Assembly: GCA_037441845.1 (NCBI GenBank)
Contig: JBBIRK010000003.1
Location: 192,001-256,000, forward strand
Source of the DNA: Candidatus Zixiibacteriota bacterium
GTDB lineage: Bacteria > Zixibacteria > MSB-5A5 > UBA10806 > 4484-95
Reading direction: 5' to 3'
DNA: 64,000 bases
Made by a program: the position numbers and the translations under genes. Below the pieces are notes generated by a model, which saw only the letters and a program-made list of their open reading frames with translations, was not told the DNA's origin and did no database searches. Of the stretch, positions 58,010 through 64,000 are shown piece after piece (the first letter of the stretch is position 1; each line of letters opens with the position of its first letter).

Positions 58010-59205
58010 TCATTAAAAAATTCGTGGCGCCGACGATGGCCGAAGCCCTCGGCAAAGTCAAAAAAGAGCTGGGTGATCAAGCGGTTATTCTCAAGACGCG
58101 TATGAATCGCCGGGGAAGCGTCTCGGGTGAACAAGCGGAAAAAGGTGTCGAAGTGACGGCCGCAATAGAACAGGATACCAAATCGCGGCTCGAAGGAATT
58201 CAGGTCGTTTCTCCGGAACCCACGCGATCGGAAACCCCGAATGATAGTCCCGGAAAAAGCGATCCGAAGCTGCCCTCGGAACTGCTGGAACGGATATTGC
58301 GGGAAGTGGCCGAAATCAAGTCATCGATTGGAGATTGGAAGATGCGGCCGGCGACGTTCTTCGGCAATCTGCCGGCCGATTTGATCGACCTCGGCCGTTT
58401 GATGGTCGCCCGCAACTTCCCGGAGGATTTCGCTCTCAAGTTGATTTCCGGCATCTCCACCGCCGACGATATTCTCAATCTGAAGCGGCCGGCGCTGTTG
58501 CAAACTCTTAAGGATCGCTTGAAGTCGCTGCTGCCCGGGACCGAAGGAATAAATCTTTACCCCGCCGGCGCGACCGTGGCCATGTTTATCGGGCCGACAG
58601 GCTCGGGAAAAACATCGGCGCTGGCGAAACTGGCGATGAACCACAAAGTTCAGCACGGCTCCCATCTGGCAATCATTTCGGCCGATAATTTCCGAGCTGA
58701 TTCGGGGCATCAGATCAAATCGTATTGCCGAATTCTCAGTTGTCCGTGCGCCATTGTTTACAGCGGCGACGAATTATCCATGGCTATCAAATCTCAAAAA
58801 GAGGGGTTGGTTTTGGTCGATACTCCCGGTGTCAATCCGCGGGATCGCAACGATGTCGGCGAATTGCTTACCCTGGTGCGTGCGGCCCGACCCCACGAAA
58901 TTCATCTGGTTTTGGCCGCGAATACACCGGCTACGGATATTTACGAAATGCTCGATGCTTTCGCCGACTTCAATCTGGACAAGCTCCTGATAACCAAACT
59001 TGACGAGACATTCTCGGTCGGCGGGGCGATCGCCGCTTCGATCAAATCGGGCAAGAAACTATCCTACGTCAGCCGTTCAAGAGAAATCCCCGGACAATTT
59101 TTACCGGCTTCCCCGGAATTGCTGGTCGAAACCGTGTTCGACGAATCCCGGGAACCGGATTCCAGACCGACCTGGCAGACGGAAGTGGTTGGGCTATGGC
59201 AATAG
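58006..59205 (+). CDS. flhF: SRP-type GTPase FlhF
   Basis: MIIKKFVA..EAL..ELG, GPTGSGKT, DTPG, TKLDE. Confidence 0.92.
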   Translation: MIIKKFVAPTMAEALGKVKKELGDQAVILKTRMNRRGSVSGEQAEKGVEVTAAIEQDTKSRLEGIQVVSPEPTRSETPNDSPGKSDPKLPSELLERILREVAEIKSSIGDWKMRPATFFGNLPADLIDLGRLMVARNFPEDFALKLISGISTADDILNLKRPALLQTLKDRLKSLLPGTEGINLYPAGATVAMFIGPTGSGKTSALAKLAMNHKVQHGSHLAIISADNFRADSGHQIKSYCRILSCPCAIVYSGDELSMAIKSQKEGLVLVDTPGVNPRDRNDVGELLTLVRAARPHEIHLVLAANTPATDIYEMLDAFADFNLDKLLITKLDETFSVGGAIAASIKSGKKLSYVSRSREIPGQFLPASPELLVETVFDESREPDSRPTWQTEVVGLWQ

Positions 59206-59960
59206 AGAGCGTTACAGGAATCAGCATCGTATCCGGCAAGGGTGGCGTAGGCAAGTCGGTGATAGCCCTCAATCTCGCACTGGCTTTGGCCGAACGAAAC
59301 CTGAAATCGCTGCTTTTCGACGCCGCCGGAGGAGATTCGGTCAATCTGGCGAATATCGGCCCGACTGATATGTCTTCCTCCGCGCCGCATGCGCTTGCCG
59401 GTTCCGCGGAATTGGTGGTATCGAATTTCCGAAGGCATGGCAATCTGGGTCCCGAATTCAGTATCAACGGGATTCTAAAAGAGGTTTTACGCTCCTCCTC
59501 CGGTAAAGATTGCGTCGTATTCGACACGCCGACCGGCATAAATGCGGTCTCCGCGACACTCGCGAAACTATCCGAAACTATAATCATAGTCAGCACCGCA
59601 GAGCCCACTTCGATCGCGGGGAGCTACTTATTGGCAAGAGCATTGCATGCGCAGGGCCTGGTCGGCAGAGTCGGAATCGTCTTTAACCAAGTCTCATCGC
59701 TCGAAGAAGCGGCGTCGCTGAAAACTCGTTTCGACATCATGACCAAAAGGTTCCTGGGGTGCGTTATCGATGACTTGGGGGCGATAAGGAACGACGCGCA
59801 GCTTGTCGAATCGGTGGCTGAGCAATCCGCGCTGGCGCTCGGTTATCCCGATTCCCGGGCTCTGGCGGATATTCGAAGACTTTGCCTCAAATTGATTCCC
59901 ATAAAGCCGTTTCAAAATGCAACATCGAACGCAAAATCAACAATAGCCATGGGAGGTTAG
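59196..59960 (+). CDS. flhG: MinD-like ATPase FlhG/FleN (divergent)
   Basis: SGKGGVGKS, FDTPTG, EPTSI; between flhF and fliA. Confidence 0.85.
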   Translation: MAIESVTGISIVSGKGGVGKSVIALNLALALAERNLKSLLFDAAGGDSVNLANIGPTDMSSSAPHALAGSAELVVSNFRRHGNLGPEFSINGILKEVLRSSSGKDCVVFDTPTGINAVSATLAKLSETIIIVSTAEPTSIAGSYLLARALHAQGLVGRVGIVFNQVSSLEEAASLKTRFDIMTKRFLGCVIDDLGAIRNDAQLVESVAEQSALALGYPDSRALADIRRLCLKLIPIKPFQNATSNAKSTIAMGG

Positions 59961-59963
59961 GCC

Positions 59964-60779
59964 GTGGCGGTCGATAAAATGATGATGAAGAGCAAGGGAG
60001 TCGCAGCTCCGAACAAGAGTATGGCAAACCAGGTAGTCTGGGAAAATTATAAGCGCAACCTCGATCCCGTTACCCGGGACAAATTGCTGAAACAGTATCT
60101 GCCGCTGGTGAAAAACGTCGCCAGCCGCATGGCTCTCGGCTTCCCCAAATCGGTCGAGTTGAATGACCTGGTCAATACCGGCGTGATCGGATTAATCGAG
60201 GCGTTCAATAATTTCGATCCCGGGCGCGGAGTGAAATTCGAGACCTATGCCGTTCCTCGTATCAGGGGGGCGATCCTCGACGAGCTGCGCGCCCTCGACT
60301 GGGTGCCGCGTTCCACTCGGGCGAAATCGCGTGAAATCGAAAAAGCCGTGACCAAGCTCGAAAACGAACTGGGTCGATCGCCATCGGACTCCGAACTTGC
60401 CAAACATCTGAAAATGTCCGCCGACGAATTACTGTCGGCAATGGGCGATGTTTCCACGACCACGCTGTTATCGCTCGATGAGCTTATCAATAGGGAGGAC
60501 GATAACCGCCAGGTTCCGCGAATCGAAACGATCGAAAATGCGGCGTTCAATAACGTTCTATCCGATCTCGAGAGGAACGAGCTGCGGGCGTTCTTGGTCA
60601 ATTCGATTTCCGTATTGACCGAGCAGGAACGGCTGGTGGTGGCGCTCTATTATTATGAAGAGCTGACCCTCAAGGAAATCGGCGAGGTGATGCTCATTTC
60701 CGAATCACGGGTTTCGCAAATTCACACCAAGGCCGTTCTCCGTCTCAGATCCATGATACGGGAGAGGTTCGGCCTTTAG
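59964..60779 (+). CDS. fliA: Flagellar sigma factor FliA (sigma28)
   Basis: RIRGAILDELRALDWVPRS, LYYYEELTLKEIG, ESRVSQIH. Confidence 0.97.
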   Translation: MAVDKMMMKSKGVAAPNKSMANQVVWENYKRNLDPVTRDKLLKQYLPLVKNVASRMALGFPKSVELNDLVNTGVIGLIEAFNNFDPGRGVKFETYAVPRIRGAILDELRALDWVPRSTRAKSREIEKAVTKLENELGRSPSDSELAKHLKMSADELLSAMGDVSTTTLLSLDELINREDDNRQVPRIETIENAAFNNVLSDLERNELRAFLVNSISVLTEQERLVVALYYYEELTLKEIGEVMLISESRVSQIHTKAVLRLRSMIRERFGL

Positions 60780-60816
60780 GCGGTGATTTGTCCGCATGCC
60801 CGGACCGGGAGGTTTT

Positions 60817-61116
60817 ATGGTCAGGCCGGTCGATTTGCAGGATAACCTTTCGAAGACGAAAATTTCAGAGCAGGTGCAGCAATTGCACAAGTCGGCTCCG
60901 GAGGAGTCGCAAAAGCAGTTCGCCCAAGAGCTGGCCAAAAAAGTCGCCCAAAATGTCAAGCACGTGGGCGTTCTCGAGCAGGCGGACAAAATCATCATCC
61001 ATAAAGAAACCGAAAAAAAGAAAAAAGACGCAACCCCAAAAAAAGCCGGCCGGAAAAAAAAGAACAAACCCGATGGGGAAGAGCCGGCTAATCCGAAAAT
61101 AGATTTTATCGCATAG
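60817..61116 (+). CDS. Small basic flagellar-operon hypothetical protein
   Basis: SD GGAGG; MVRPVDLQ N-terminus, Lys-rich, ends KIDFIA. Confidence 0.75.
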   Translation: MVRPVDLQDNLSKTKISEQVQQLHKSAPEESQKQFAQELAKKVAQNVKHVGVLEQADKIIIHKETEKKKKDATPKKAGRKKKNKPDGEEPANPKIDFIA

Positions 61117-61124
61117 GAGGATTC

Positions 61125-61538
61125 ATGAATACATTCAACGGCACCGTAGCGATTTTAATCGGCATGATCAATCTGGCTCTGCTGGCAGTATTGCTCATCA
61201 AAATACAGAAAATCGAACGATTTCAGACCGCGGAGGCGCATGACAACCTGAATTTGATCAATCAATCCCTAAATCGTCTGTCCAATATCACCGACAAACT
61301 CGAGCGATTGCGCGAACCGATATCCGGAGATACCGCCGTTGCCGGCAGCCGAAGTTACGGAATGGAGAACGATAATCCGGCGGAGAAGGAAAAGAAGGCG
61401 CTTTCGCTGCTTAGGCGTGGAGAAGATCCGCGGAACATCTCCCGAAAACTCGGCATTTCCCGCTCGGAAATGGAGCTGCTGGTGGCCTCCGAAAAGCTCG
61501 GTTCGAGCCGTGTTTCCAATCTCACGGCCGCCTCATGA
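61125..61538 (+). CDS. Membrane-anchored protein with C-terminal HTH-like motif (SwrB/DUF2802-like)
   Basis: N-terminal TM, coiled coil, LLRRGEDPRNISRKLGISRSEMELL; downstream of fliA. Confidence 0.65.
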   Translation: MNTFNGTVAILIGMINLALLAVLLIKIQKIERFQTAEAHDNLNLINQSLNRLSNITDKLERLREPISGDTAVAGSRSYGMENDNPAEKEKKALSLLRRGEDPRNISRKLGISRSEMELLVASEKLGSSRVSNLTAAS

Positions 61539-61550
61539 TAAAATCATGCG

Positions 61551-61577
61551 TGCAGAAAAAATCGATGTTGCCGATAG
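61551..61577 (+). promoter_or_regulatory. Possible sigma28 promoter
   Basis: Good -10 GCCGATAG (61570-61577), weak -35 TGCAG. Confidence 0.4.
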
Positions 61578-61617
61578 TTTGTTTAGTAGAAGTCTTCACC
61601 AATAGAAACGGGTGATT

Positions 61618-62802
61618 ATGGCAAAGGTTCAAGATCCATTATATTATTCGCAGCTCGAATGTCCCGTTTGCAAAACGGTGAACGAATATGCAAATATCAA
61701 GAACGGCGCTTATACCGAAAGCGGTCGCGATACCGATTTCTGCCCGACCGGCCGCGTCTGGCAGAATCCAGCCTATCAGAAATTCGATCCGCTGTTGTTT
61801 TTTATGGGCACTTGTAAGAAGTGTTATTACACCCACGAGCTGGACAACGATTTCAAAAACTGGCAAAAGGATTCATCGTTTAAGGCCTACCGGCTTAAAA
61901 CAATCCAGGAAAAGCATCTTGCCGATTATCTCAACGACAATGGTTTAGTGAAATTTCTGGGCGGCCATCTCGATGAAAACCGGTATCCTACCGAGTCGGC
62001 GATCATCAAGTTCATTCTCGGCATTTTCGACGAAAAGTGCCTGGAGCGCCCGTCGAAATTGAATATCGGCAGATATTTCATAAGAATCGGCTGGCTGTTC
62101 CGCACGAATGATTTGACAGCCGTTAATTCCAGCGAGGGAGCCGGCGGTTTTCTGGTGCGGCATGCCGAAACCTTGATCGGCATGATTAAATCTTTCGGCG
62201 AGGGTCGAAATAAGCTGGACAGCCTCGGCAAGGAATTGACTCGCGATTTCGATATCGCCCTGGGCCAATTACCCTCGACCTCCGATTTGAAGAACTCCAT
62301 CAAAGAGTATCTCGAGCGAACGACGAAATCGCTGGATATGGCGGTCAAAGAAATCGGCGAATTATCTCAGGCATTGATAAATGCCAGACAATCCATCTCC
62401 TCCGACTCGACGGGTGGAGATGGATTCGGCTTTTTCGAGTTTAAAACATTCGCCGAATTTTTGCAACAGGCAAAACTCAAATGGGAAGAAATACCTTTGA
62501 ATGAAAAGGACGCGCTCGTGCGGGCCCGCGATTACTACAAGCAGGCTTACGAATCGGGTGAAAAAGTCACGACTGGAATCGGCCAGCTCCAGGCGGCATA
62601 CCTGATCGCCGAATTATCCAGAAGAATTGGAGATCATTCGACCGCAAGTGAGTATTTCAATATCGTCATCCGCGGCGGAAGAGAATTCGTGCACGGTAAA
62701 AAGGGCGATTCATCCTCGATAGCCTTTGCGAAAAAGCTTCTGGAGATGGCGATGGATCAGGCCAGAAAGAGCATGAAAGAAAAAGAGGAAGTGGCAGTAT
62801 GA
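61618..62802 (+). CDS. DUF2225-like protein (Zn ribbon plus helical repeats) with internal insertion
   Basis: CPVC, DTDFCP, CKKCYY, RIGWLFR, YLIAELSRRIG. Confidence 0.72.
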   Translation: MAKVQDPLYYSQLECPVCKTVNEYANIKNGAYTESGRDTDFCPTGRVWQNPAYQKFDPLLFFMGTCKKCYYTHELDNDFKNWQKDSSFKAYRLKTIQEKHLADYLNDNGLVKFLGGHLDENRYPTESAIIKFILGIFDEKCLERPSKLNIGRYFIRIGWLFRTNDLTAVNSSEGAGGFLVRHAETLIGMIKSFGEGRNKLDSLGKELTRDFDIALGQLPSTSDLKNSIKEYLERTTKSLDMAVKEIGELSQALINARQSISSDSTGGDGFGFFEFKTFAEFLQQAKLKWEEIPLNEKDALVRARDYYKQAYESGEKVTTGIGQLQAAYLIAELSRRIGDHSTASEYFNIVIRGGREFVHGKKGDSSSIAFAKKLLEMAMDQARKSMKEKEEVAV

Positions 62803-63557
62803 AAAAAACGAAATTAAAGTCCGAACCGATCGATCAAATACGCTTGTGGGAACGGCTCGAATTGAGAGTGGCTGATTCGCAGGGCAAGCCCGATTTCATC
62901 ACCAGAATCGAAAATATCGGAAAAGACTTATTCCAGGTCGAATGTCCGGTGAAATTGTCCAGCGTGCGCGACCTTCAACCGGGCGACGTGTTGCATGCCG
63001 TGATCAATCGTGACGACGCCAGCTATACGTTCAGCGCGCAGATAATCGAAATAGACGCGGAAAATGAAAATTTGACCACGATTAAACCGATCGGCGCCAT
63101 TTCCCGAAGTCAGCGGCGGAAGTTCGTGCGCCTCGATATCAGTTTCGACGTCAATTTTACGGTGATCGACCTGAACGCTCAGGCCGAGAATTTCACCGGG
63201 GGATCACATCGCGGGCAGTTGCTCAATCTTTCGGCGGGGGGAGTATTGTTGAGCTCCACCCGAAAATTAAAGGAAGGCGATTATCTTTTGTTGAATTTCA
63301 AGCTCAAGCCCGGCAAGGATCTCGAAAACATAATCGGCGTAGTGAAACGGGTCGATGATCAGGATGACGAGTATCTGATCGGAATAGAATTTTTAACCAA
63401 AGAACGAATCAGGGATAACTCGCATTGGCACATTGCGCAATTTCTTCCGCCGTTCGCCACCTATTTCGACGATGAGCTGGAGAAACATCTGGTGGGATTC
63501 ATTTACCGCGAACAGATAATGCGCAAAAAAGGACGGGCACTTCGGGAACAAAAATGA
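62799..63557 (+). CDS. YcgR-like PilZ-domain flagellar brake
   Basis: YcgR-N-like region, QRRKFVR (RxxxR) and NLSAGG c-di-GMP motifs. Confidence 0.88.
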   Translation: MKKTKLKSEPIDQIRLWERLELRVADSQGKPDFITRIENIGKDLFQVECPVKLSSVRDLQPGDVLHAVINRDDASYTFSAQIIEIDAENENLTTIKPIGAISRSQRRKFVRLDISFDVNFTVIDLNAQAENFTGGSHRGQLLNLSAGGVLLSSTRKLKEGDYLLLNFKLKPGKDLENIIGVVKRVDDQDDEYLIGIEFLTKERIRDNSHWHIAQFLPPFATYFDDELEKHLVGFIYREQIMRKKGRALREQK

Positions 63558-64000
63558 AAACACCTCGACCGGAAGTGATGATATGCGGCATTTTGTTTTT
63601 GCTTCAATCTCCGGGGTTGTTTCATCCGGAGGCACCGGCCGGACAAAAACCTGAAGTGACCGGCGCGGCCAAGGCGCAAACTCATCTGCAAACCCTCTCT
63701 TATTCGATCCAAAACGAATTGGGCAGGCTGGCCGACGTCGAATTTCCGGATGCTTATCGGCCGGATCAGACAATCAAATTCGATTATCGCACGGATTCAG
63801 TGTCGGAGCCATACCACATCGATATCCACATCATTCGCGATGAGTGGCGGGTTTATCGGCTGTTTTCGATTCCGCTTCTGTTCAATCGCTACCAAAATTG
63901 TTATCTGCTCGAGTCGAGGGTGACTGTCGGGCGCGAAGGAAGCCGCATCTTTGATGATCGCATTACTATCCGGAAAAAGGGTAATCCCGCGTTCCAATTT
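63554..64000 (+). CDS. Hypothetical protein, 3'-truncated by window edge
   Basis: ATGA overlap with the PilZ gene stop; 149 codons open to the end (MKTPRPEVMICGILFLL...); absent from the ORF track because no stop is reached. Confidence 0.6.
   Translation, partial: MKTPRPEVMICGILFLLQSPGLFHPEAPAGQKPEVTGAAKAQTHLQTLSYSIQNELGRLADVEFPDAYRPDQTIKFDYRTDSVSEPYHIDIHIIRDEWRVYRLFSIPLLFNRYQNCYLLESRVTVGREGSRIFDDRITIRKKGNPAFQF

Noticed and set aside
61010..61070. Poly-A tracts suggesting slippage or phase variation
   Set aside because: Lys codons in an intact frame; no frameshifted continuation
1..64000. Frequent TCGA, ATCGAT and GCGATCGC words (HIP1-like)
   Set aside because: Plausibly due to ATC-GAN and GCG-ATC-GCC codon pairs; enrichment cannot be shown without a codon-aware count
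1..64000. CRISPR arrays, tRNA/rRNA, transposases, integrases, reverse transcriptase/DGR
   Set aside because: No spaced repeats, cloverleaves or catalytic motifs seen; giant-gene repeats are diverged protein domains

Overview
Gene-dense, mostly + strand bacterial chromosome segment. Por-tail (T9SS type A-like) and dockerin-like C-termini, plus acpP-fabF-rnc synteny, suggest a flagellated FCB-adjacent diderm such as Zixibacteria (inference). In order: the end of a chemotaxis operon (cheZ-like, cheA without P2, cheB); an FleS/FleR-like two-component pair; yceD-rpmF-plsX-fabHDG-acpP-fabF-rnc-DUF2953-ytfJ-etfB; an accessory block (about 1725-aa Ser/Thr kinase-AAA-TPR-GAF-sigma54 activator, three secreted Por-tail proteins, a lipoate ligase-family gene, and a DUF2130-like nuclease-fold gene between tandem paralogs); and a large flagellar cluster (motAB, flgBC-fliEFGHIJ, motE/ylxF-fliK-flgD-TIGR02530-flgE-flbD-fliLMNOPQ, fliR-flhBAFG-fliA, accessory genes, PilZ brake). 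A 2306-aa antisense surface protein interrupts the cluster. The best candidate for an undescribed system is a structured, apparently switchable RNA leader over the flgE ribosome-binding site (repeated UCGGGCUGGA motif, k-turn-like fold), directly downstream of the function-unknown TIGR02530 gene. Also readable from sequence: three sigma54 promoters sharing a 13-bp upstream palindrome, a consensus sigma28 promoter for motAB, a probable CTG start for fabG and a probable leaderless kinase mRNA. No rRNA, tRNA, CRISPR array or transposase was seen. All family assignments are by motif recognition, not database search.
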